Assembly (NCBI GenBank): GCA_044225505.1
Contig: JBGAIN010000004.1
Coordinates: 17,689 to 81,688, forward strand
Length of the DNA stretch: 64,000 bases
Source: Limisphaerales bacterium
Lineage (GTDB): Bacteria; Verrucomicrobiota; Verrucomicrobiia; Limisphaerales; SIBE01
Direction: 5' to 3'
The notes below the pieces were generated by a model. It had not been told where the DNA came from, ran no database searches, and worked only from the letters and a program-made list of their open reading frames with translations. Of the stretch, positions 56,202-64,000 are shown piece by piece; the first letter of the stretch is position 1; the number at the start of each line of letters is the position of its first letter. Both the position numbers and the translations under genes were made by a program.

Positions 56202-57116
56202 ATGAACCAAAGTCTTCTGTCGTCTCAAATTAAATCCCTGCTTCTTGTGGCCGCCTTTAGCGCGGCGCTCTCCAGTAACTCCCAAGGCCAACCTGTGGAT
56301 TGGAAAAACCAGACTATCTCTCCGGTGGTCAATCCGATCTATTTTGAAGATCCATTTATTCACACGGAGGCTCGGCCGATCTTCATGGAACATCGGTTCC
56401 CAACCAGCTTCAAGTTCAAGGGAGGAGAAGCGCCACTCGGAGGGGATGTGCAAGTATATGCGTTGCAGTTGCGATGGGCAGTGACCGACCGCTTGGCCCT
56501 GATCGCGACGAAAGACGGTTACATTGACATGAAACCGAAAAACACGCTCACGCACACCCATGGCTGGGCCAATATCGCGGCTGGGTTGAAGTACGCCCTG
56601 ATCGATAAGCCCGACAGCGAATTCATTCTGACGCCCGGATTGACCTTTGAGCTGCCCACTGGCAATCGCGACGTGCAACAAGGACGGGGCGATGGTGAGT
56701 GGAATGTATTCGTCTCAGCCGCAAAAGGATTTGGACGTTTCCACACTACGGCGAACGTGGGTGCGCGGATTCCTAACAATTTCGATGATCAAACCGCCCA
56801 AGCCCACTACAGCTTGCAGCTCGATTATTATACCTGCCAGTATTTCATCCCGTTCTTCGCTGCCAACGGATACACCGTCCTGAGCGAAGGCGATCACAAA
56901 TTGCTCGGAGCGGTCGATCTGAACACGGAAATGTACGACCTGATCAACTTCGGCTCGACCGCAGCGGGCGGGCGCACGCAAGTGACGCTCGGAGGCGGTT
57001 TCCGGTCGCGCCTGTGCAAGAATGTGGATCTTGGATTCGCGTATGAAGCTGGGGTCACTTCGCCGGTAGGCATCTTCCAAGATCGCTTTACGGTGGATTT
57101 CATTTGGCGATTCTAA
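56202..57116 (+). CDS. Putative outer-membrane beta-barrel protein (MetA-pathway / 'transporter'-like family)
   Basis: 304-aa ORF with a signal peptide, alternating amphipathic beta-strand pattern, and a C-terminal aromatic residue (..DFIWRF). Confidence 0.45.
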   Translation: MNQSLLSSQIKSLLLVAAFSAALSSNSQGQPVDWKNQTISPVVNPIYFEDPFIHTEARPIFMEHRFPTSFKFKGGEAPLGGDVQVYALQLRWAVTDRLALIATKDGYIDMKPKNTLTHTHGWANIAAGLKYALIDKPDSEFILTPGLTFELPTGNRDVQQGRGDGEWNVFVSAAKGFGRFHTTANVGARIPNNFDDQTAQAHYSLQLDYYTCQYFIPFFAANGYTVLSEGDHKLLGAVDLNTEMYDLINFGSTAAGGRTQVTLGGGFRSRLCKNVDLGFAYEAGVTSPVGIFQDRFTVDFIWRF

Positions 57117-57159
57117 TCAGGCGCGCATTTGTCGCGACGGTAACACGTCACCCCCACCC

Positions 57160-57200
57160 ACGCCCTCTTCCGAATCTTTCGGGAGAGGGCGTTTCGACTT
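57160..57200 (+). terminator. Rho-independent terminator downstream of the 56202-57116 gene
   Basis: ACGCCCTCTTCCG (57160-57172), loop AATCTTT, CGGGAGAGGGCGT (57180-57192), then TTCGACTTCTT. 13-bp stem with one mismatch. Confidence 0.55.
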
Positions 57201-57412
57201 CTTGCCAGGCAGCACTGGCTCTTTGGGAGTGGAACATTCACTCATCGTGAGAATGTGTCTGCCCAGGGTGCCAGCGACGACCGATGCCGATCTATGGTCA
57301 TCGGGCAGGCCCCGAGAACAACTCATCCCGGAGCCTCTCGAGCTCCTTTCAGAAGAGCAGAGATTTGGCTTTCGCCCGAGCGGTCCATCGCGCAATTTAT
57401 CAGTCAGAACAC

Positions 57413-60400
57413 ATGAGACGCCACCTTTTGACCGCAACGGTGCTACTGTCCACTTGGGGAGGATTGACCGGATCTACGGCTGAGTCCACTAATGCCAGCC
57501 ACGGAGTAGACGCCCGGATGTTCCGTTACCCCGACGTCTCCTCCACACAAATTGCATTCGTTTATGCGGGCGACATCTGGGTCGCACCCAAATCCGGCGG
57601 GACTGCCTTGCGCCTAAGCTCACCCAAAGGCGAAGAGAGTTTTCCGCGGTTCTCTCCAGACGGCACGCAGATCGCCTTTAGCGGAAACTATGATGGAAAC
57701 ACAGACATTTATCTCGTTTCGGTCAGCGGCGGCCTGCCTAAGCGCTTGACCTACCACGGCGATCCCGATCGCATCCTGGATTGGTATCCAGATGGCAAAT
57801 CCATTCTGTTCGCAACGTCCCGGACGAGCGAAAAAGACCGTTTTAACAAGCTCTATAAAATGCCAGCGTCGGGCGGCCTGCCCGAACTGCTACCCGTTCC
57901 TTACGGAGAGTTCGGAGCTATTTCGGGGGACGGGCAAACCTTGGCTTACGTTCCTATCTCCGTCGATTTTAGGACATGGAAACGCTATCGGGGCGGGATG
58001 AACCCGGCGATCTGGCTGTTTGACTTGAAGTCATTCAAAGCAAAAGATTTGACTGGCAACGCTGCTGCCAATTCCCAACCGATGTGGCACGGAACCACCC
58101 TCTACTTCCTCTCGGACCGTGACCAAAACAAGCGAGCGAATCTCTGGGCGATCGACACGACAACGGAGAAGCTTCGGCAGGTCACGTTCTTCGAAGACTT
58201 TGACATTCACTTCCCGAATATCGGGCCGGAAGATATCGTGTTCGAAAACGGTGGGCGCCTCTATGTGCTGAGCTTAGCGACGGACAAATACGAAGAGATT
58301 CGTGTCCAGGTCGTCACCGACCGGGCCACGCTCAAGCCCAGACTCGAAGACATTTCTGAGGCAGCTCATTCTGCAACGATTTCGCCCTCTGCCAAACGCG
58401 CCGCGTTCGAAGCCCGCGGGGAGGTTTTCAGCGTCCCAGCGGAGCACGGTGTCGTGCGGAACTTAACGCAGAGTTCAGGCGTTGCGGAGCGCACCCCAGC
58501 GTGGTCCCCGGACGGAAAGAGCATCGCCTATTTTAGTGATCGTTCGGGCGAGTACGAACTGACCGTCCGACCGGCCGACGGCTCCGGAGCGGAGGAGATT
58601 TTAACGAAGCTTGGCCCAGGCTTTCGTTATCGACCTTTCTGGTCGCCTGACAGCAAGAAGATCGTTTTTATTGATCAGGCGATGAGCGTCCATCTTCACG
58701 ACCTGGTGAGTAAGGAAACCCGCGTGATTGGCAAACAACTGTGGATGTATCAAGGGGATCTGAGCCGGCTCAAATTCCATTGGTCCAAAGACAGCCGTTG
58801 GATTGCCTATGACCAGGACTTGCCAAATCGTCACACCGCGATTGCGCTCTATGATACGAAGGAGCACCGCCCTCAGGTCGTCACGAGCGGTTACTACGAC
58901 GATGATAGCCCCGTGTTTGATCCCGAGGGGAAATACCTTTTTTACCGATCCGGACGCGACTTTACTCCTGTTTATAGCGACCTGGACAACACTTGGGTCT
59001 ATCCCAACTCGATGCAACTGGTCGCCGTCCCGCTCCGCAAGGATGTCCCCTCCCCACTTGCGCCGCGCAACGATGACGAAGGGGACAAGGAGAAGAAGAA
59101 AGACAAGGACAAAACGAAAGAGAAAGAGAAGAAGCCGGACGACCCAGATCGAAAGAAAGACGATCCTCAACTAGGCAGCAAAAAGGAGGCGACCCAACAG
59201 CCCAAACCCGAGGCCACATCCGAGAAGCAAGAAAAAGCCTCGGATGAGAAAGAGGAGAAAAAGGAGGAAAAGCCACCCAAACCAGTAGAGATCGACCTGG
59301 TCGGATTTGAAGAACGCGCGGTGGTCCTGCCTCCTAAACCGGGTAACTACGCCGATTTGGAGGCTGTTGCTGGAAAGCTCCTTTACCGCCGGTTACCGCG
59401 CACAGGTTCCAGCGACGAAAAGAGCATTCTCGTTTTCTTCGACCTGGAAAAACGAGAGGAAAAGACCGTGCTCGACGACGTCGACGACGCAATTCTCGCG
59501 GAAAAAGGCGAGAAGATTCTCGTTCGACGCAAAAAGGACTATGCCCTGGTCGAGCCGAAAGAAGGTCAGAAGTTTGAGAAAAAGCTTCCGGTAAACTCCC
59601 TCACGACCGTCGTGGATCCAATCAGCGAATGGCAGCAGATCTTTACCGACGCGTGGCGCATTGAGCGAGATTACTTCTATGATCCAAATATGCACGGAGT
59701 GGATTGGAAAGCCATGCGCGAACGCTACGGCAGTTTGCTCAAGGACGCCGTCACGCGGTGGGATGTCAACTACGTCGTCGGTGAGCTCATTTCGGAACTG
59801 AACGCCTCACATACTTATCGTGGCGGCGGCGACCTTGAGGATAGCCCTTCCCGCGGAGTCGGTTACTTAGGTGTCGATTTTGCCCTGGAAAACGGCGCCT
59901 ACCGAATCAAGAAGATCCTTCAAGCCGCTCCGTGGGACGCAGAATCCCGCTCTCCCCTGCGTCAGCCTGGGGTCGATGTGCATGAAGGAGACTACCTGCT
60001 CGCGGTAAACGGATTGCCGCTGGAGGTCAACGTTGAACCGTACGCGGCGTTCCAAGGCCTGGCGGACAAGCCTGTCTTCCTCACGATTAACAGTGAACCC
60101 CAAATCGACGGTGCTCGCGAAGTTCTGGTCCAGGCGTTGGCGAGCGAAGCGCGTCTCCGTCACCTGGCATGGATCGAGAAGAATCGCAAGCAGGTCGATC
60201 AAGCAAGTTACGGCAAAATCGGATACATCTACGTTCCGGATACTGGACGGGGGGGACAATCCGAACTCGTCCGGCAATTTCGGGCACAGTACGATAAACA
60301 AGGCTTGATCATCGACGAGCGGTTCAACAGCGGCGGCCAGATTCCTGACCGTTTTGTCGAACTACTTGCCCGCAAAACCTTGAACTTTTGGGGGGTGCGC

Positions 60401-60820
60401 GATGGACAAGACTGGGCATGGCCGCCGGTGGCGAACGCCGGACCAAAAGCCATGTTGATTAACGGGTGGAGCGGATCTGGGGGAGACTGCTTCCCTTATT
60501 ACTTCCAACAGGCCGGGTTGGGTCCCCTGATTGGCACGCGCACCTGGGGCGGGCTCATTGGGATGACGGGGGTGCCACCGTTGATTGACGGCGGCAATGT
60601 TACGGCGCCAACCTTCGGCATCTATAGCACCACGGGCGAGTGGATCATTGAAGGTCACGGTGTTGACCCGGACATTACCGTGGTTGACGACCCCGCCCTC
60701 ATGGCTAAAGGCGGAGATCCCCAACTCGAACGAGCGATTCAAGAGGTCCTCGAAGCGCTCAAACGTAACCCTCCCCCGTCGCCGAAGAAGCCGAAATACC
60801 CAAATCGAGCAGGACGATAA
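57413..60820 (+). CDS. Tricorn-protease homolog (peptidase S41B) with a Lys/Glu/Asp-rich insertion
   Basis: ORF 57284..60820; the likely ATG is at 57413 (MRRHLLTATVLLSTWGGLTGSTA signal). N-terminus MFRYPDVSSTQIAFVYAGDIWV...FPRFSPDGTQIAFSGNYDGNTDIYLV, PD40-type repeats, and a C-terminal S41 domain (GYIYVPD, NSGG, INGWSGSGGD). Confidence 0.9.
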   Translation: MRRHLLTATVLLSTWGGLTGSTAESTNASHGVDARMFRYPDVSSTQIAFVYAGDIWVAPKSGGTALRLSSPKGEESFPRFSPDGTQIAFSGNYDGNTDIYLVSVSGGLPKRLTYHGDPDRILDWYPDGKSILFATSRTSEKDRFNKLYKMPASGGLPELLPVPYGEFGAISGDGQTLAYVPISVDFRTWKRYRGGMNPAIWLFDLKSFKAKDLTGNAAANSQPMWHGTTLYFLSDRDQNKRANLWAIDTTTEKLRQVTFFEDFDIHFPNIGPEDIVFENGGRLYVLSLATDKYEEIRVQVVTDRATLKPRLEDISEAAHSATISPSAKRAAFEARGEVFSVPAEHGVVRNLTQSSGVAERTPAWSPDGKSIAYFSDRSGEYELTVRPADGSGAEEILTKLGPGFRYRPFWSPDSKKIVFIDQAMSVHLHDLVSKETRVIGKQLWMYQGDLSRLKFHWSKDSRWIAYDQDLPNRHTAIALYDTKEHRPQVVTSGYYDDDSPVFDPEGKYLFYRSGRDFTPVYSDLDNTWVYPNSMQLVAVPLRKDVPSPLAPRNDDEGDKEKKKDKDKTKEKEKKPDDPDRKKDDPQLGSKKEATQQPKPEATSEKQEKASDEKEEKKEEKPPKPVEIDLVGFEERAVVLPPKPGNYADLEAVAGKLLYRRLPRTGSSDEKSILVFFDLEKREEKTVLDDVDDAILAEKGEKILVRRKKDYALVEPKEGQKFEKKLPVNSLTTVVDPISEWQQIFTDAWRIERDYFYDPNMHGVDWKAMRERYGSLLKDAVTRWDVNYVVGELISELNASHTYRGGGDLEDSPSRGVGYLGVDFALENGAYRIKKILQAAPWDAESRSPLRQPGVDVHEGDYLLAVNGLPLEVNVEPYAAFQGLADKPVFLTINSEPQIDGAREVLVQALASEARLRHLAWIEKNRKQVDQASYGKIGYIYVPDTGRGGQSELVRQFRAQYDKQGLIIDERFNSGGQIPDRFVELLARKTLNFWGVRDGQDWAWPPVANAGPKAMLINGWSGSGGDCFPYYFQQAGLGPLIGTRTWGGLIGMTGVPPLIDGGNVTAPTFGIYSTTGEWIIEGHGVDPDITVVDDPALMAKGGDPQLERAIQEVLEALKRNPPPSPKKPKYPNRAGR

Positions 60821-61093
60821 CGCGCCACTGAGCGATCAATAACGCTTCCCGTTCGATCGTTTAAGCCCTCAAGGCTGGAGGAGAGCGTTGCTCGCACTCC
60901 TTTCCCCAACGCCATCGCCTCCGAAGAATCCGCAGGACTGCGATCGCGACGGTCACTCTCCTTCCGGATTGCCGGAGAACAGCATCGGAGATCCAGGTGA
61001 GTTTTGATCCCTTCGAGTTTCTGAAACTCGGGTTGCTGGCCTTATCCAATGTAAGGCCAGGTGCCTCTCGCCGACCAACTGGAGGCAACACTG

Positions 61094-61990
61094 ATGAGAC
61101 AATCAATGAAACCCCAACCACTTCACGCGGTCAAATTAACCCTTTCGGTGCTCTTGCACGCCCCACTGATCGGACTCGGTCAACCCACCGCTTCAGATGC
61201 CTCGGACCTGCGGCTCACCGACGTCAAAATCCAGGATAACCGCTTACTTCTCGCTTGGAGCGGTGGTCGACCCACTTACCAGGTTCAGAGCCGGTCTGCC
61301 CTTGATCAAAACTGGACCAATTTTGGAACCCCCACCACGACTAACTCCGTCGAGCTTCGTCTGGACGCCAGCCACTCGTTCTTCCGTGTGCTCTCAGACT
61401 ACACCGCCCGCTATGAAGTCCTATTTGATGCCACTTGGAGCCAAGATACCCACCCGTTGGATTGGCCCAACCCTGGGCACTGGTCCGGATTGGTTGGCGC
61501 GGTCCACAACGAACGCGTCTCGTTCTATCAAGAAGGAGAAACGGCCAGTGAAGGTATTCGCCTCATGGCGGAACGCGGTCAGCAAGACCCGTTGCTCAGC
61601 GAGGTTGCCCCAGCGATCCAGGCGGGAACCGCTCAGTTCGGACTTCGTGGGCCTGGCGTAGGCGTGAGCCCGGGCACCGCCCGACTGACTTTTCCCGAGC
61701 CCGTTCGCCACGATTTTCCCTTAGTCACACTCGTCACGATGGTCGCTCCAAGCCCGGACTGGTTTGCGGGTGTGTCAGGATTAAACCTCCTCGAAGGGGG
61801 AACGTGGGCAAATCAGATAAAGGTCAATCTTTACCCATTCGATGCGGGCACAGATAGTGGACCCACCTTCCGCTCGCCTGATCAGGTTACAAATCCACGC
61901 GGAGTGGTGACGCGGCTCACCGTTCCACCAATCGCCGAGAATGGCAGCGTCGCGCCGTTCGGGACATTCACGTTCACCCGATTGGACTAG
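61094..61990 (+). CDS. Secreted spondin_N-domain protein with a small N-terminal beta domain
   Basis: ORF 61061..61990. The ATG at 61094 lies 8 nt after GGAGG. Spondin-type blocks: YEVLFDATWSQDTHP...HWSGLVGAVHN, LVTMVAPSPDWFAGVSGLNL, YPFDAGTDSG. Confidence 0.65.
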   Translation: MRQSMKPQPLHAVKLTLSVLLHAPLIGLGQPTASDASDLRLTDVKIQDNRLLLAWSGGRPTYQVQSRSALDQNWTNFGTPTTTNSVELRLDASHSFFRVLSDYTARYEVLFDATWSQDTHPLDWPNPGHWSGLVGAVHNERVSFYQEGETASEGIRLMAERGQQDPLLSEVAPAIQAGTAQFGLRGPGVGVSPGTARLTFPEPVRHDFPLVTLVTMVAPSPDWFAGVSGLNLLEGGTWANQIKVNLYPFDAGTDSGPTFRSPDQVTNPRGVVTRLTVPPIAENGSVAPFGTFTFTRLD

Positions 61991-62007
61991 TCAGCGAGGG
62001 GTTCTCT

Positions 62008-62487
62008 ATGATCCTGGAACTCCGCCAGAAGCACCGGCATATTATGTCTGTCATGGCAGCTCTTCTGCCGATCGTCCTCATCGTCGGAGTGAACGCCCGA
62101 AGACCAATTCCTGTGCTCGACGCCGCCCCCTCGGTCCTGATGAACTCACAAACCGCCGATCAACGCCTCTGGACTCGCAACGATCTTTGGCCTAGTCATC
62201 AGATTCTCACCACGTTGCGCGGAGCATCGAACCGCTCTCGGACGATTGAGTTTGCGTTTAGCGAGCTGATCGGGCCGGACGTTTTAGTTTACTGGACGGC
62301 AGGCGAACGGACGCCCAACCGGCGTGGCCTACCGAAAAACGCGCAATTCCTTGGCGCACTGGCCGACCGGGAACGCCTTGAGTTACCGACAACACTTCAA
62401 CGCGCTCGAGGTCGTTTCGTGCTCTATAGCCTGGCGAACCAGGAAATTGTCCTCGCTTCCGAGCTTTTGACCTTGGCCACTCCGTAA
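62008..62487 (+). CDS. Hypothetical single-pass membrane protein
   Basis: 159-aa ORF 17 nt after the spondin gene, with one TM segment (VMAALLPIVLIVGV). No recognisable family. The call rests on tight operon spacing. Confidence 0.4.
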   Translation: MILELRQKHRHIMSVMAALLPIVLIVGVNARRPIPVLDAAPSVLMNSQTADQRLWTRNDLWPSHQILTTLRGASNRSRTIEFAFSELIGPDVLVYWTAGERTPNRRGLPKNAQFLGALADRERLELPTTLQRARGRFVLYSLANQEIVLASELLTLATP

Positions 62488-62499
62488 TCCAACACCTTT

Positions 62500-63603
62500 A
62501 TGAGCTTGGAATACCGTGCTGTGCAGTGGAATCGTCAAAAGCGCCTCTACGATGTGCTGCTGGCAAGCAGCGTGGGGATCTTCCTCCTCTTTTTCGTTGG
62601 GACAACCAAACTCTTATTCCCGTTCGTCACTGACGAGATCCTGGTCATCCGGGCGACTGGCGTTGCCGCATATCTGCTACTCCATTTCATTCTGTGCATT
62701 GGACCTTTATGCCGCCTGAACCGAGTGTTTCTACCGTTGCTTTACAATCGGCGTCACGCCGGAGTGACACTGGCCATCCTAGGACTTGTTCACGCCGTTT
62801 TAGTCATTGGCACTTACCACGCAGGAGGAAATATTCACCCTCTCGAGAGCATCTTCGCGGGTAGCCCGTTCGCTCTATCGCGGGCGGATGTCCCCTTTCA
62901 ACCCTTGGGCTTTGTCGCCTTGATGATCTTAGTGCTGATGGCGGCAACGAGTCACGATTTCTGGCTGGCTAACCTGAGCGCCCCAACCTGGAAAGCGCTG
63001 CATATGCTCGTTTATGCCGCCTATGCATTGCTGGTGCTTCACGTGACTTTTGGCGTTCTGCAAGCAGAGACTCACCCGCTCTACGTTTGGGGTATCGGGG
63101 CTGGCCTGGCTAGCGTGCTCGGTCTGCACGTTGCGGCGGCGATTCGAGAAGCACCCGTGGATGTAGCCTGGGATGCGAAGAGCCAGGTGCCGGCATTCGT
63201 CGACGCGTGCGCGGTGGCAGATATCCCCGAAAATCGCGCCCGGATTGTCTGCCTTGCTGGCGAACGCGTGGCTGTTTTCAAGTACGACGGCAAAATCTCG
63301 GCCGTGTCGAACGTTTGCCAGCATCAAAACGGCCCTTTGGGCGAGGGTAAGATTATCGACGGTTGCATCACCTGCCCTTGGCACGGTTACCAGTATCTAC
63401 CAGAGACAGGTGCTTCTCCGGCGCCGTTCACGGAAAAGGTGCCAACGTTCGACACTCGAGTCGAAGCCGGGAGAGTGCTCGTGTGTCAAAGGCCGAATCC
63501 CGCTGGAACTCGAGCGGAGCCGGCTTTAGTCGTGCGATCGGTTAGCGGACCGTTCAAGGATTCCTCGCCCGATTCGCTGCCTGCGTACGATCTCCAAACC
63601 TAG
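62500..63603 (+). CDS. Fusion protein: ferric-reductase-like (MsrQ/YedZ-type, 6-TM, His-rich) transmembrane domain plus C-terminal Rieske [2Fe-2S] domain
   Basis: 367-aa ORF with six hydrophobic segments. Conserved-looking His residues sit in TM2, TM3 and TM5 (LLLHFIL, RRHAGVTLAILGLVHAVL, ALHMLVYAAYALLVLHV). Rieske motif CQHQNGPL...(x)...CPWHGYQY. Confidence 0.8.
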   Translation: MSLEYRAVQWNRQKRLYDVLLASSVGIFLLFFVGTTKLLFPFVTDEILVIRATGVAAYLLLHFILCIGPLCRLNRVFLPLLYNRRHAGVTLAILGLVHAVLVIGTYHAGGNIHPLESIFAGSPFALSRADVPFQPLGFVALMILVLMAATSHDFWLANLSAPTWKALHMLVYAAYALLVLHVTFGVLQAETHPLYVWGIGAGLASVLGLHVAAAIREAPVDVAWDAKSQVPAFVDACAVADIPENRARIVCLAGERVAVFKYDGKISAVSNVCQHQNGPLGEGKIIDGCITCPWHGYQYLPETGASPAPFTEKVPTFDTRVEAGRVLVCQRPNPAGTRAEPALVVRSVSGPFKDSSPDSLPAYDLQT

Positions 63604-63611
63604 AGGCGTCG

Positions 63612-64000
63612 ATGGACAACGAATTCTACGTGGGTTGGGAAGATAGGATGCCGCGTCGCCTGGCCCAGCGCGTGAGGCTGGGTGTCTTATCGACAATCAC
63701 AGCCGCGGTCTTCCTGTCTCTCAGCCTGGCCGCAGCGCAACGCGGCATCGCGCGAAGTCAATTTGAGTGGGGCCAAACCAAACAGTTTGTGGGAATTCTG
63801 AAAGCCCGTCCGGTTCCTCACTTACTCGTCCAACGGCCTGCAACCGCTGTCTCCCCCACGAACTACTCAAATTATTATTTGGTCAAGCCGTTCAAGTTCG
63901 GCTTCGATCCCGCCACGCTGCAAGACTTCGACGATGCCACCGTCTCACTGAAAGGGACGCTGATCTACCGAGGGAACCAAACCATGATCGAAGTTGTCGA
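63612..64000 (+). CDS. Partial CDS (runs off the right edge): hypothetical membrane-anchored protein, fourth gene of the spondin/Rieske operon
   Basis: Not in the ORF track because it is truncated. The ATG at 63612 lies 8 nt after the upstream stop. My translation: MDNEFYVGWEDRMPRRLAQRVRLGVLSTITAAVFLSLSLAAAQ...LKGTLIYRGNQTMIEVV, open to the window end. Confidence 0.45.
   Translation, partial: MDNEFYVGWEDRMPRRLAQRVRLGVLSTITAAVFLSLSLAAAQRGIARSQFEWGQTKQFVGILKARPVPHLLVQRPATAVSPTNYSNYYLVKPFKFGFDPATLQDFDDATVSLKGTLIYRGNQTMIEVV

Noticed and set aside
1-64000. Search for defence systems, toxin-antitoxin pairs, prophage or IS elements, rRNA and tRNA
   Set aside because: I recognised no nuclease, ATPase or methylase defence signatures, no integrase or transposase, no phage structural genes and no structured-RNA hallmarks. 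Absence is judged by eye only. HMM scans (DefenseFinder/PADLOC, ISEScan, tRNAscan-SE, Infernal) would be needed to confirm it.

Overview
64-kb GC-rich chromosomal segment. The gene content looks like a glycan-degrading member of the PVC group (Verrucomicrobiota or Planctomycetota). This is an inference from TAT-exported Gfo/Idh/MocA oxidoreductases, DUF1080, GH140/DUF4038 paralogs, and discoidin/Ig secreted proteins with FYRV-type C-termini. I can support about 45 protein-coding genes. They include a mannose/mannan-flavoured CAZyme set: GH92-like (partial), GH38, GH5-like, two GH140-like, GH13, and several uncharacterised beta-helix, beta-propeller and six-hairpin proteins. Sugar handling genes include a ROK kinase, a class I PMI-like cupin, a RhaT-family symporter with an AraA/FucI-family isomerase, two TAT Gfo/Idh/MocA oxidoreductases, a xylose-isomerase-like TIM barrel and a DUF1080-LamG protein. 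Housekeeping and other genes include a DeaD-like DEAD-box helicase, a tricorn-type S41 protease, Zn-ADH, a BaiN-like flavoprotein, two EamA transporters, a beta-lactamase-fold hydrolase and a multi-PAS histidine kinase. I saw no rRNA, tRNA, CRISPR array, integrase, transposase, phage gene or recognisable defence system, so I cannot claim a clear novel multi-gene system. The most unusual signals are: (1) two unrelated perfect 11-bp x5 tandem arrays in 5' intergenic leaders; one continues into inverted degenerate copies plus a T5 run (attenuator-like hairpin) and the other carries six phased GGAGGA motifs upstream of the helicase. (2) An uncharacterised TAT-exported protein family present as two paralogs beside glycan genes. 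(3) A tight operon encoding a spondin-domain protein, two membrane proteins and a ferric-reductase-like transmembrane domain fused to a Rieske domain. (4) A 120-bp x4 in-frame tandem repeat inside the helicase. (5) A local cluster of frame-disrupted genes at 38.8-47.4 kb. Start codons are often uncertain, because the ORF track takes the longest ATG/GTG/TTG ORF. Where a better start is visible I give it and say why.
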